DNA of 64,000 bases. It comes from Bacillales bacterium UBA3207. GTDB lineage: Bacteria > Bacillota_I > Bacilli_A > RFN20 > CAG-826. Numbering within the stretch: the first letter of the stretch is position 1; every line of letters starts with the position of its first letter. Below are positions 41,917-51,840 of the stretch, one piece after another. Below the pieces are notes generated by a model. It searched no databases and was not told the origin of the DNA. It saw only the letters and a program-made list of their open reading frames with translations. The position numbers were made by a program, and so were the translations under genes. Location of the stretch: the NCBI GenBank assembly GCA_002363735.1, contig DEWP01000017.1:63393-127392 (forward strand), in the 5' to 3' direction.

Positions 41917-43542
41917 TTATTTATCGTCGTCGTCGTAATATTGGTCGTATTCGTCGTAGTCGATATCTTCATCATCATCGACGTAATCATCGTCGAAGAA
42001 TTCATCTTCTTCTTCCATACGAGCCAATTCTTCGTCGGTATAAATCGACATTTGTGGTTCTTTCTTGATTGGTTTAACTTCTTCAGTCTTTTCGTGTTCA
42101 ACTTCTTCTTCAGTAATTTTACGTGGACGTTTAGAAGTTTTTTGAGTTGCCTTAAAGGCTTCTTTCTTTTGTTCTTTATCAAGTTGAGCCTCTAAAGATT
42201 CAAGAGTTGTTGTTGTACGAACAACAGTTTCTTTAACTGGAGCAACTGGAGCTTCTTCAACTGGTTCTTCAACCTTTGGTTGAACAACTTCTTTTGCTGG
42301 AGCTTCTTCTTGTACTTCATCATCAAGAATTTGTCTTGGAGTAGCTTTTTCGTTACCACTTTCAATGGCGCTTTCTTGTTGACGAGCAGCTTTAACTTGA
42401 GCGAGATATTTCTCGTATTTTTCTTTTTGAGCACGAACTTTTTCTTCTTCGTTAATCTTTTCAATTGATTTAAATTCAACGCCAAGATCAGCCATTTCGT
42501 GTTCTTCTTTAATATCAATGTTCCAGCCTGTTAATTTACAAGCTAAACGAGCATTAGCGCCTTTACGGCCAATTGCTAATGAAAGTTGTCCTTGTGGAAC
42601 AATCGCGATTGCTTTCTTTTCTTCTTCATTTAAATGAATGAATAAAACAGTTGCTGGACGAAGAGCATCGATAATGAAAAGTGCATCATTTGGAGAATAA
42701 GAAATAATATCGATTTTTTCTTTATCGCGGCTATTTCCAAGTTGGGCAACGATTTTTTGAATGGCGGCACCATTGACACCAATACATGCGCCAACACAAT
42801 CAACGTTTGGATCGTTGCTATAAACAGCAACTTTACTACGGATTCCAGCTTCACGAACAAGGTTTTTAATAATGACTGTTCCGTTATAAATTTCACTAAC
42901 TTCTTCTTCAAAAAGTCTTCTTAAATAACCAGCATCACTACGTGAAACACGAACCATTGGTCCTTTTTCTGATGTTGAAACTTGACTCACATATAAACGA
43001 ATTGAGTCGCCAATATTAAATGTTTCATCACCAATTAATTCACGACGGGAAAGATACATTGAAGTACGTCCAATGTTCACAATCGCTCCACGATCATCAC
43101 ATTTTTCAACAATACCAGTGATCATTTCACCGACTTTATCTTTGTGGGATTCATATAAAGCAAGTTTTTCTGCTTCAGCGAGTTTTTGACGTAAAACAGA
43201 TTTCACAATTAAAGCAGTGAGTCGTTTTAAATCATCAACTTTCACTTCTTCGTGATATTCATCACCAGCTTTTAATTTTTTATCATGAGTTTTGGCATCT
43301 TCGACAGAAATCTCAAGATAGTCATCTTGAACATCTTCGACAACCTTTTTCACGAGTTCCATTTTGATTTCAGCTGGATCTTCGGTAATTGAAACACGAA
43401 TATCAGCATCATCACCACCACCAAGTTGTTTGGCATAGGCTTTACGGAGTGATTCTTTCAGGGCTTCGATAATTGATTGTTTCGAGATACCTTTTTGGGC
43501 TTCGAGCTCATCAAGAGCTTCTAAGAATACTTTTGCATCCAT
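41917..43542 (-). CDS. nusA: Transcription factor NusA with a long charged/acidic C-terminal extension
   Basis: REAGIRSKVAV, VGACIG, LSLAIGRKGANARLA..LTGWNIDIK. Confidence 0.95.
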   Translation of the reverse strand: MDAKVFLEALDELEAQKGISKQSIIEALKESLRKAYAKQLGGGDDADIRVSITEDPAEIKMELVKKVVEDVQDDYLEISVEDAKTHDKKLKAGDEYHEEVKVDDLKRLTALIVKSVLRQKLAEAEKLALYESHKDKVGEMITGIVEKCDDRGAIVNIGRTSMYLSRRELIGDETFNIGDSIRLYVSQVSTSEKGPMVRVSRSDAGYLRRLFEEEVSEIYNGTVIIKNLVREAGIRSKVAVYSNDPNVDCVGACIGVNGAAIQKIVAQLGNSRDKEKIDIISYSPNDALFIIDALRPATVLFIHLNEEEKKAIAIVPQGQLSLAIGRKGANARLACKLTGWNIDIKEEHEMADLGVEFKSIEKINEEEKVRAQKEKYEKYLAQVKAARQQESAIESGNEKATPRQILDDEVQEEAPAKEVVQPKVEEPVEEAPVAPVKETVVRTTTTLESLEAQLDKEQKKEAFKATQKTSKRPRKITEEEVEHEKTEEVKPIKKEPQMSIYTDEELARMEEEDEFFDDDYVDDDEDIDYDEYDQYYDDDDK

Positions 43543-43567
43543 TTGTTATTCTCCTTTATAAATGCAT

Positions 43568-44029
43568 TTAAAATTTAATCGCGAGTCGCGCATCATCAAT
43601 GTCTGAACGATTTAATTCAGCTTTGATTAAGCGAGTTTTTTCTCTAAAAGAGATTTTAACGATGTTTTCATTAACCTCATCAAGATCTCCTTCAAGAATG
43701 TTTTCACCCTTAAAAGGGTGAGAGAGATGTAAATGAACATATTTTCCAACGTATTTTTCTAGTTCATCAACTTTAATTGGTTTTTCTGCACCAAAGGAAG
43801 TGACATCAAGAACATATTCGTTTTGGATTAAATCTGCTTCATCTAAAATTGGACTAATTAAATCATTTACTTTGATGATTTCTTCTAAAGAAATTGTTTC
43901 ATCTTTATCAATCATCACACGTAAATAAAATGTTCCCATTTCTTTTTTGTAGCTAACAGCGACTTGGCTATATCCAAGTTTAAGAATTGGTTCTTCAATT
44001 AAAGATAAGACACTTTTTTCAATGTTCAT
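43568..44029 (-). CDS. rimP: Ribosome maturation factor RimP
   Basis: LRVMIDK..ISPILDEAD..YVLDVTSFGAEKP; first gene of the nusA operon. Confidence 0.93.
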   Translation of the reverse strand: MNIEKSVLSLIEEPILKLGYSQVAVSYKKEMGTFYLRVMIDKDETISLEEIIKVNDLISPILDEADLIQNEYVLDVTSFGAEKPIKVDELEKYVGKYVHLHLSHPFKGENILEGDLDEVNENIVKISFREKTRLIKAELNRSDIDDARLAIKF

Positions 44030-44050
44030 AAAGACCCCTTTAATAAATTA

Positions 44051-44137
44051 AAGAGTGCCGATTGGCACTCTTAACAACAAGAGTTACTCACCGAAGTGAG
44101 CAACATAATCATAAAGGAATCATCTAATAGATGCAAC
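44051..44137 (-). promoter_or_regulatory. rimP operon promoter and leader hairpins
   Basis: TTGCAT-17-TATGAT, a cUUCGg hairpin (44083-44104), then AAGAGTGCC-N4-GGCACTCTT (44051-44072), resembling the conserved rimP-leader stem. Confidence 0.7.
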
Positions 44138-44144
44138 TATTATT

Positions 44145-45047
44145 TTAATAGAGTCCTTTTTTGTATAAACCTTTCTCGACGAGTTTCTTTAAAGAGGCAA
44201 CGACAAAATCCTTGTCTTCTTTATAAGTCACGCCAAACCAGACATCTGGAGTAGAAAGAAGTTTTAATGTTGCTTTGCCTTCTTCGACGAGTTCAGAAAC
44301 AACTGTTGGAATAAGATATTCATCTTTTAATGATTGGCCATGTTTATCCAGCCATGCTGGGAAACGTTCTTCTAAACGTTTGATGATATCTTTGCTAAAA
44401 GCGAAGAGGTTCATGGAAACTAATTGGTTATCTGGAACAATAAAGGAATCTCCACCATCAAGAGGTGTGCATTCAACTTCACCTTTTGCGTTTCTTTGGA
44501 CAGATGATTCAATCATCTTGGTGAGATATAAATCTTTATCATAGAAACAAACGCCACGTTTAACAGAACCGTTTTCAGTCATCGTGTTGGCGACTTCAAA
44601 AGCAACATTGACGTATTGACCTTCTTTATCAGATTTTAAATTTCTTAGATAATCGGCAGCAACTTGGTAGGTGCGTTGTCCATAATAGTCGTCACCATTA
44701 ATAATAATGAAGTCTTCTTTAATAAATTCTCTAGCCGCATAAATAGCGTGCGCTGTTCCCCATGGTTTTTCTCTTCCTTCTGGAACTTTATATCCTTTTG
44801 GAAGATCATCCATTTCTTGGAAGGCATAATGAGTTTCAATGATTTTTTCAACTCGTTTACCGATTGTATCTTTAAAAGCTTCATAAAATGCTTTCTTAAT
44901 GACAAAAATGACTGATGTAAAACCAGCAAGTTTGGCATCGTGAACGGAGTAATCAAGTAAAAAGTTACCTGCTTCATCCATTTTTTCCATTTGTTTTAAG
45001 CCACCAAAACGGGAACCCATTCCAGCGGCGAGAATGACTAATTGCAT
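44145..45047 (-). CDS. Sugar-phosphate nucleotidyltransferase (NTP_transferase family)
   Basis: LAAGMGSRFGGLKQ, REKPWGTAHA, INGDDYYG, WFGVTY. Confidence 0.85.
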   Translation of the reverse strand: MQLVILAAGMGSRFGGLKQMEKMDEAGNFLLDYSVHDAKLAGFTSVIFVIKKAFYEAFKDTIGKRVEKIIETHYAFQEMDDLPKGYKVPEGREKPWGTAHAIYAAREFIKEDFIIINGDDYYGQRTYQVAADYLRNLKSDKEGQYVNVAFEVANTMTENGSVKRGVCFYDKDLYLTKMIESSVQRNAKGEVECTPLDGGDSFIVPDNQLVSMNLFAFSKDIIKRLEERFPAWLDKHGQSLKDEYLIPTVVSELVEEGKATLKLLSTPDVWFGVTYKEDKDFVVASLKKLVEKGLYKKGLY

Positions 45048-45177
45048 CGTAAATTACCTCGCTAGGACATATTGTAAAACAATGACAAGTATTTTTCTAT
45101 TACATTGTAAATATGTTGCAAATAATCTCTTTGTTAACTATAATTTACGTGCTTTCTTAGAAAGGATAATTATAATT

Positions 45178-45609
45178 ATGCGCAAAATTTTATTACCAAT
45201 TCTCTCTCTTGTTAGTGTGATTCTTGTTGCGATTGCGTTTGGCATTGCTGCTCAAACTGCTGCAACACGTGTCGATGGAAGCAATTTCGGAAACTATTAC
45301 CAACTCGTTTTTGAAAGAGGAAGCAATGTCTTTGCAACATTAAGCTTTGTCTTCTTAATCATTGCAACAGTTGCATTAGTTGTTTGCTTAATTCCATTTA
45401 AGTTCCGTAAATTCGTTCTTCCAGGAGCGTCAGTCTTATTCATCTTAACTGGTGTCTTAGTGATTCTTGCTCCAAAGCACGCATCAGATGTCTCGCCATT
45501 AACCGTGACATGTTCAATGACGGCAACTGCTGTTCTTCTCATCGTAACAGGTGCTGTTCTTTGCTTAATGACAGTGCTTAGTTTCCTTGGTAAGAAGGAA
45601 TCCAAATAA
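45178..45609 (+). CDS. Small 4-TM membrane protein; start moved to 45178
   Basis: TTGCAA-17-TATAAT promoter, AAAGGA RBS, four hydrophobic segments. Confidence 0.8.
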   Translation: MRKILLPILSLVSVILVAIAFGIAAQTAATRVDGSNFGNYYQLVFERGSNVFATLSFVFLIIATVALVVCLIPFKFRKFVLPGASVLFILTGVLVILAPKHASDVSPLTVTCSMTATAVLLIVTGAVLCLMTVLSFLGKKESK

Positions 45610-45626
45610 TCCTAGAATTGAAAAGC

Positions 45627-45655
45627 AAAAACGCATCGAATTTGATGCGTTTTTT
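45627..45655. terminator. Bidirectional terminator
   Basis: AAAAACGCATC..GATGCGTTTTTT. Confidence 0.8.
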
Positions 45656-45676
45656 CTTTGCTTATTTAGCGTTATT

Positions 45677-45700
45677 TAACCGAGATTTGCTGGTTATTTT
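45677..45700 (-). repeat. Dispersed 24-bp motif, copy 2 (intergenic, inverted)
   Basis: Minus strand AAAATAACCAGCAAATCTCGGTTA. Confidence 0.9.
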
Positions 45701-45745
45701 GTTACAATTCCTTAATATTTTTAAGTAAATAAAAACAACTGAAAA

Positions 45746-46294
45746 TTAATTGACTTTGATTGTTTTTATTTTTGTATAATTGTTATTCTTCGTTTCTTTG
45801 ATTCCGTAGATAAATTCAACTAAACCATAGACAGCGATAAGCACGCCAACAATGATCCAGAAAACATTACGGAAATCAGCTACTGCGATATAAAGAACCG
45901 AAACAACAATTGCCACAACACCAAGAACAATGTTCATGATGGCTGGAACGGTTTCTTTCTTTGTTAAAAGGTAGACACCATAAAGTAAAATGCCAACACC
46001 GCTTCCTAAAATAACGATAACAAGGAAGTTAATTAAAACGCCAACTGATAAAAAGTCGGTGAAAAGTGTTACACCAACGCTAACCAAGATTGTTCCTAAA
46101 ATTAAAGAAGCACTTGGTAAAGGTTGTTTTTTACTTAATGCATAAACACCTATCGCAAGAAGACATAAACCAGAAATTAGGGCAACAATTCCGAAATAAA
46201 CATCAAGGACTGCTTGACCACCGAAAATGGCGATTAAAACACCCATGACGATGAGGAAGATACCGCTAATTAATGTCTTATTTTTGTCGATCAT
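45746..46294 (-). CDS. HdeD/DUF308-like 6-TM membrane protein
   Basis: Six TM helices with 'G.L..G' repeats; AAAGGA RBS. Confidence 0.65.
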   Translation of the reverse strand: MIDKNKTLISGIFLIVMGVLIAIFGGQAVLDVYFGIVALISGLCLLAIGVYALSKKQPLPSASLILGTILVSVGVTLFTDFLSVGVLINFLVIVILGSGVGILLYGVYLLTKKETVPAIMNIVLGVVAIVVSVLYIAVADFRNVFWIIVGVLIAVYGLVEFIYGIKETKNNNYTKIKTIKVN

Positions 46295-46362
46295 TTTCTT
46301 TTCCTTTCATTTTTTACGCAATAACTTTATTACAATTAATGATTGAATTCAATCATTTAAAT

Positions 46363-46385
46363 AAAAAAGGCGTCAACTGACGCCT
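46363..46385 (-). terminator. Terminator after the PAP2 gene
   Basis: AAAAAAGGCGTCA-AC-TGACGCCT. Confidence 0.75.
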
Positions 46386-46405
46386 ATTGAGATTAACAAT
46401 GAGAA

Positions 46406-47110
46406 TTATTCTTCATCCTCTTTTAACTCGATGTACTCGTCTTTAACTTCTGTTGGAATTAACCAGCGACAAAGTCCAATAAACAGGAAATAGATCGCTA
46501 AGGTTAATAAGACGGCTCCGATAATATCGCTAAGCCAGTGTTTTACTGCGAGTAAACGAGTTAAAACAAGAAGGAGAGATAAGATGACTGTTGAAAGATG
46601 AATAAGTGTCTTAAAAACGCTATCTTTGACCCATAAATACTTTAATAAGACATAACTATTTAATAAATAGAAGGAACATCCTAATAAAATATGACTACTT
46701 GGGTAAGATGCTTTTAAACTTCCTTCGACACTATCTGGAGAGTAATTAACAACGACAATTTCAAAGAAGAAATAGAAGATTAACACAACTAGATAAGCGC
46801 CAAGAAGGAAATAAAAGAGCGGATTCACTTTCTTTAGTGACTTAAATTTAATGAGTTGGTAAATGCCAAAGATGGCAAGAATTCCAACGTAGCCAAAGGA
46901 GACATAAAGTAAAATGTCACTGACCTTACGCATGAATTCATATTTACCAAATTCGGTCACTAGATCACCAAATTTATAGTTCATTGAATAAAATCCAAGC
47001 GTTGTGTGATTATAAATTTCGTGCACATCGATGGTTTTCGCCAAAATCGTCCAAAGGACGAAAATGGCGAACATCGCAATTGATAACCACATGAAGACTT
47101 GTTTTTTCAT
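46406..47110 (-). CDS. PAP2-family membrane phosphatase
   Basis: SYPSSH (C2) and RLLAVKHWLSDIIG (C3); C1 is degenerate (NYSP). Confidence 0.85.
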   Translation of the reverse strand: MKKQVFMWLSIAMFAIFVLWTILAKTIDVHEIYNHTTLGFYSMNYKFGDLVTEFGKYEFMRKVSDILLYVSFGYVGILAIFGIYQLIKFKSLKKVNPLFYFLLGAYLVVLIFYFFFEIVVVNYSPDSVEGSLKASYPSSHILLGCSFYLLNSYVLLKYLWVKDSVFKTLIHLSTVILSLLLVLTRLLAVKHWLSDIIGAVLLTLAIYFLFIGLCRWLIPTEVKDEYIELKEDEE

Positions 47111-47114
47111 TCAA

Positions 47115-50100
47115 TTAACCAATCTTTTCCCATGTGTATTTGTAAGGTTTATCAAAGTTGTTATAGTATTGGCTATTTGTACCAATTGTAACACCATTGA
47201 TTTTACCGCTTAAGCGTTCAAGGTTTGCTTGACCATTTGTATTCCAGGCTGCTAAAGCAGCAGATGGAGCAAATTCAACGTTTTTAACAGTTGCTGTGAA
47301 AGTAACTTTCACGTCAAGTAAAACTTTTAATGTTGCGGTTAGTTTATTGAGTACATCAATCTTTTGGTTTGTGTTCAAATATTGATAACGTTTTGATGTG
47401 ATTTCGGCTTCAAGTTCATGAAGGACTGAAATACCGGTTAATTCATCAAGGTTTAAACCAACATTAAAGACGTGTTCAAGTGAATCTCCTGATCCACGAG
47501 TTGTGTAAGATAAACCAGTATCAGTAAATGTATTGGTGAAATCTCCTGCTTCTCTTTCGGTTGTGCTTGTAGAAGCATTGTCACCACCAAGTTTAGAGAT
47601 GTAACTATTGTTAATACCAATTACACCACCAAGTAAGTAGCGGGCAATATCATCTAAGAAATGTTTGCCATCACTACGGTAATGGTATTCTTGGTATGTG
47701 TGTTTGGTCTTTAAAGACCAATTTTGAAGTGTTGTTGATGTTTCATCTAAAGTTCGATGAATATTAAATTCACCACTAACACCGTTATGTTCTTCGTCAT
47801 TATATGATTCGAAGCTCATTTCAGATGACATCGAGTGACCAGTTTTCAAAAGGCCATAGTCTTGTGTATAAAGTGAACTTGTTGGGATTGAACCAAATTT
47901 ACCATAGACTTTAGCTTTTTCTCCATCAACAAAGATGTAGAAGTTAATATTTTTAAGATCAATGTTTAATGCACCAAGAAGGGCGTTCACATTGGCGTCT
48001 GCGCCTAAGTGCCAATAATTTGGTTTAGAAGTGTTAATACCTAAATCAACAAGAACTTTGACAGAATCAAGATCCATATATTTTGTATTCGGATTCTTAT
48101 CAACAACATCAACAAATGATGTGTCGTAATCTGTTAATTCAAAGTGCATATTAATTGTTTTAGCACTGTCTCCACTACCAAGGTTGAAATTGACGATATC
48201 AAGGCTAGATAATCCTTGATTATCACTATCATAATCACCTTTTAGACCAACATCTAAAGTGATATCGCTTGGGAAGTTGAGTAATTCTTTGGAAATCACA
48301 ATACGAATTGTTTTTCCGTTATTAATGACACTAATTTCTTTTAATAATTGATTTGATGCAAGATGGACATAATCTTTTGAATCAATAATATCGCCAACAA
48401 CACCTAAACCAAGTAAATCAAGGATTGGTGAAAGGAATTTGGTGAATTTTGGATCACTACCAAAATCATTAGCGAATGTCTTAATGATATCTAAGATATC
48501 AGAGAACGTTTGAAGTCTCATCTTACCTTTAATATTCTTGCTTCCAGTTGGATCACCATAAACAAAGCGAGCTAAGTTGTTATTAGATTGGCTAATTAGT
48601 TCACCTTTGTCGTTATAGAATTGTTCAACATTGGATGCTAAGTTTGTAACATTTAAAGCAATCTTATGTGTTGCCCAAACAGTATTTGGATGATATTTAT
48701 ATTGCTTAATTTCAAGGTTTCCATAACCTTCTTTGACAGTATCGTTATTATCGAGTTGTCCTTTACCAGTGAAAGTCATGCCTAAACCAGCGCTATCTTT
48801 CATACTACCATTTAAAACAAATCCTGTTTTCTTGGTGTTGGTGAAATCACTGATTTGGTCAATGATATCTGGAATAAATTTCACTGATTGATAATCGTTA
48901 CGGCTACCAAGTTCAACATCAGCAAATTTAGAAGTTTTTGCGTTCACATTAGCAACATAGTCACCAAATGTAATATTTTCAGCAGAAATTTCAAATTTGC
49001 TTAAGTTATCTAATGTTTCAACATTAGAGAAGATTTCTTCTTTTTGATCTTCGCTTAAATTTTCATCGTTATAAACATCGTTAAAGTTTGGATAACGAGC
49101 ATCGTTTTTCACATTAATATCAACGCGGGCGTTTTCTCCAATTCCGAGTTGAGAAAGATTTAAACCAAGGTGAATTCCATCTTGATCATTTTCAAGTGTT
49201 TCAAGCATATCTAAGACAAAGCTGAAATCACCTTTTTCGACGCATTCAGCTAAATCATCAGTTAAGAAACTTGTTAATGTATCTAAAGATGCGGAACCTT
49301 GTTCTTCACCGCTTGCTTGATCCATCATATCTGGGATCATATCGACAAGACGGTTCATTGTTGGAGTGTCAACTTTAAGTTTCATAACAGCTTTTTTGTT
49401 ATGATTTGAATCTTCTTGTTCGTTAAAACGAACATAACCTTCACCTTCTGCAAAGGAAAGATCTAAGTTAGCGTATTCAATGTCTTGTTGACCAAGAAGA
49501 TTGAGTTGGAAGTTAAATCCAACATCACTAATGATGTCAGAGATTGTACGTTCTTCTTTTTCTTCATTATTTGTTTCAACATCAACTTTAGAAGAACCAT
49601 TTTCATCTAAAGTATATTGACTTAAATCAAGAAGTTTATCGAAGTCAACATTTAAAGAACCGTTGATTTTAGCAATGTCAATTCGATTTGTTACTTTATT
49701 AACAGAATCGTAGTCGTTATTGTCTAAATCTAAGGAGAATTCAAAACCAGCTTTTTGGTGTTGTCCGTCTTCCATTAAAAGTTTTGCGATATTGTGTGTT
49801 AAACCTGTGTAATTGAAGACTTCGACATAGTCGTTACCGGCTGCTGGAGAAGTGAATTCATCATAATTTTTTAGATCAATATTCACCGCACCACTAACTT
49901 CAAGGTTACCAACAGAAATGGTTCCTAAATTGACTCTTTCAAGAGTAAATTCTTCGTTTGTGATGAGTTCGATTTGCATATCTCCACCATCTTCACCTAA
50001 TGTGATGTGCCAATGACCATCAATTAGTTCTTCTTTTGGATTGGAGATTAAACTCATTACATCAAGACCACCAGTGGCATCTTCCATGCCTTTGTTTTTT

Positions 50101-50720
50101 GTGGTGTCTTCTGGTGGATTCATTAATCCATCAATTAATCCACCGATCTTATCAGTAAGAAGTGTACCAAGATTTTCCATTAATTTTGGGAAATCAAGGT
50201 GAGCATATCGGGCAAATGCGTACCAATATTGATAAATAAGGTTTTCAGTAGAAAAATCAGTAAACTTCATCTTCATATCTTTTAGACCAAAATAAACATC
50301 CTTACGGAAGCGGCCTAAAGTTAATGGAAGTTTTTTACCGTTATAGTCAGCTTCAGCATCGATTGAGAATTCGATACCACTGAGTGATAAATCACTCATT
50401 CTAAAGTCGACTCCACCATCAACAGCAATTGTATTCACAAATTGTGAATCTTCATTCATCTTGTATTTCAAAACAAGATTATCGAAGCTTGCGCTAAGGT
50501 AGTTGTTTGCGGAATGATCTTCGCCTAAACCAACGTCTCTTGTGATTTTTTCGACAAATTGACCAAATGCTGTTGGCGCTGGAGTGTCGACTGAGACGTC
50601 AATGTACTTAGTACGGTTTGGGGTAACCATGTAGCCACCAAGGAATGTGCCAATGAAGGCAAATACGCCTGTGGTAATAATGGCTGCACGTTTGAGGGTT
50701 TTTTTCATTCTAGGTTTCAT
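47115..50720 (-). CDS. 1201-aa N-terminally anchored extracellular protein with about 4 tandem beta-rich units; function unknown
   Basis: Basic N-terminus and one TM, long ORF, GGAGG RBS, recurring linker motifs. Confidence 0.8.
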   Translation of the reverse strand: MKPRMKKTLKRAAIITTGVFAFIGTFLGGYMVTPNRTKYIDVSVDTPAPTAFGQFVEKITRDVGLGEDHSANNYLSASFDNLVLKYKMNEDSQFVNTIAVDGGVDFRMSDLSLSGIEFSIDAEADYNGKKLPLTLGRFRKDVYFGLKDMKMKFTDFSTENLIYQYWYAFARYAHLDFPKLMENLGTLLTDKIGGLIDGLMNPPEDTTKNKGMEDATGGLDVMSLISNPKEELIDGHWHITLGEDGGDMQIELITNEEFTLERVNLGTISVGNLEVSGAVNIDLKNYDEFTSPAAGNDYVEVFNYTGLTHNIAKLLMEDGQHQKAGFEFSLDLDNNDYDSVNKVTNRIDIAKINGSLNVDFDKLLDLSQYTLDENGSSKVDVETNNEEKEERTISDIISDVGFNFQLNLLGQQDIEYANLDLSFAEGEGYVRFNEQEDSNHNKKAVMKLKVDTPTMNRLVDMIPDMMDQASGEEQGSASLDTLTSFLTDDLAECVEKGDFSFVLDMLETLENDQDGIHLGLNLSQLGIGENARVDINVKNDARYPNFNDVYNDENLSEDQKEEIFSNVETLDNLSKFEISAENITFGDYVANVNAKTSKFADVELGSRNDYQSVKFIPDIIDQISDFTNTKKTGFVLNGSMKDSAGLGMTFTGKGQLDNNDTVKEGYGNLEIKQYKYHPNTVWATHKIALNVTNLASNVEQFYNDKGELISQSNNNLARFVYGDPTGSKNIKGKMRLQTFSDILDIIKTFANDFGSDPKFTKFLSPILDLLGLGVVGDIIDSKDYVHLASNQLLKEISVINNGKTIRIVISKELLNFPSDITLDVGLKGDYDSDNQGLSSLDIVNFNLGSGDSAKTINMHFELTDYDTSFVDVVDKNPNTKYMDLDSVKVLVDLGINTSKPNYWHLGADANVNALLGALNIDLKNINFYIFVDGEKAKVYGKFGSIPTSSLYTQDYGLLKTGHSMSSEMSFESYNDEEHNGVSGEFNIHRTLDETSTTLQNWSLKTKHTYQEYHYRSDGKHFLDDIARYLLGGVIGINNSYISKLGGDNASTSTTEREAGDFTNTFTDTGLSYTTRGSGDSLEHVFNVGLNLDELTGISVLHELEAEITSKRYQYLNTNQKIDVLNKLTATLKVLLDVKVTFTATVKNVEFAPSAALAAWNTNGQANLERLSGKINGVTIGTNSQYYNNFDKPYKYTWEKIG

Positions 50721-50721
50721 C

Positions 50722-51639
50722 CTAAGCCTCCTTTATCGTAAAATCGAATGATTCATTAGTATTTGGAATACCTTTTTCATAAAGAGTATTCGCGTAGTAA
50801 TAAATATCGATTACGTTGTTTGTTTTTGCCGGAACAGGAATTCCTTCCTTTGTTGCGGTACATGTTTCATCAATATAGAGGTGCTTCAGAGTTAAATCTT
50901 TACCTAACGTATAAGTTAACTTCACCTCACTAAATGGTGGGAGATTACTTAATCCAGATAAATTGAGCATTTGCGTTTTATAATAAAACGTCGATAAATT
51001 TGGATTAAGATTCATCTTGATCACGACATCGTCTCCACGTGTCGAGCGAGTACTATCTAATGTGGTTTTGTCGGAAATAACATAGATGAAGAACTCGTCA
51101 AGTGTTTTACCAAGATAATCTTTATATTCTTGTTTGTCCTCATAGACTTTCGTCGGACTTGATGGGAATGTTGCCGATTCAGCTCCGTTTGCAGTTCCTT
51201 CATAAACTTCAATCGGACCGTCCTTACCGTGTTGATAAGAACGTTTAGCAACAGCAACCATCGAAGAATAAGAGATTTGGTCTTCGTAGTACTCATCACC
51301 AATTTTTACTTGAGCGTTTCGAATGGTTTGAGTCACGATGGTATTGGCGTTTCCTTTTGAGATTGCGTAACAATTTTCATTTTGTTTGAATAACTCTAAG
51401 GAAACATTTACGACTTCAGCATCGGTGAAGTTTTTGACTCCATTGATACTTTTATCGGATAGGCCTTCATATTTTTTCATGATGGCCTCGGTGTCTGGGG
51501 AGAATTCCTTTGGATCGAATCCTGGAGGATACATTTCATCAATTGGTCCTATTGTTTTTTTAAGCACAATGCCGGTTCCGACACCAGCAGCGCCACAAAT
51601 ACCAATTGTGAGGATATAAGTTAGCAGCAACTTGTTCAT
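50722..51639 (-). CDS. N-terminally anchored extracellular beta-rich protein; function unknown
   Basis: Single N-terminal TM, amphipathic beta strands; 1 nt from the next gene. Confidence 0.8.
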   Translation of the reverse strand: MNKLLLTYILTIGICGAAGVGTGIVLKKTIGPIDEMYPPGFDPKEFSPDTEAIMKKYEGLSDKSINGVKNFTDAEVVNVSLELFKQNENCYAISKGNANTIVTQTIRNAQVKIGDEYYEDQISYSSMVAVAKRSYQHGKDGPIEVYEGTANGAESATFPSSPTKVYEDKQEYKDYLGKTLDEFFIYVISDKTTLDSTRSTRGDDVVIKMNLNPNLSTFYYKTQMLNLSGLSNLPPFSEVKLTYTLGKDLTLKHLYIDETCTATKEGIPVPAKTNNVIDIYYYANTLYEKGIPNTNESFDFTIKEA

Positions 51640-51732
51640 TTCGTGTTTACTTAATCCTTTTTCTTCCTAAACTTCCGAGCATAATAATAAATTATGTTTT
51701 TGTAAAAGTAATCCTATTGTGCGTGCACCTTT

Positions 51733-51834
51733 AAAATAGAACAAAGTTCTCATCAAAATAGACTGTTTTTATTCATTCTCTCGAAAATAGAATTTATAAT
51801 TCTTGTTGAAATTTCTATTCAAGCATTCTATTAT
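51733..51834. promoter_or_regulatory. Divergent promoter region with repeated AATAGA/TCTATT half-sites; XRE gene promoter TTGAAA-17-TATTAT
   Basis: AAAATAGA at 51733, 51755 and 51784; TTCTATT at about 51813 and 51826. Confidence 0.55.
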
Positions 51835-51840
51835 TAGGTC

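Noticed and set aside
41920..42015. TCG/TCA triplet runs as a DNA tandem repeat
   Set aside because: They simply encode the Asp/Glu tract of NusA.
41845..42518. Overlapping ORFs 41907-42182, 41845-42195 and 42192-42518 as ylxR/ylxQ or new genes
   Set aside because: Alternative frames of the low-complexity nusA tail, with no family motifs or RBS.
42923..42934. AAATAACCAGCA partial motif match inside nusA
   Set aside because: 12-nt left-arm match only, explainable by coding sequence (DAGYL).
51738..51750. AGAAC-AAA-GTTCT as a LexA (Cheo) box
   Set aside because: The spacer is 3 nt rather than 4, and the flanking genes are not SOS-type.
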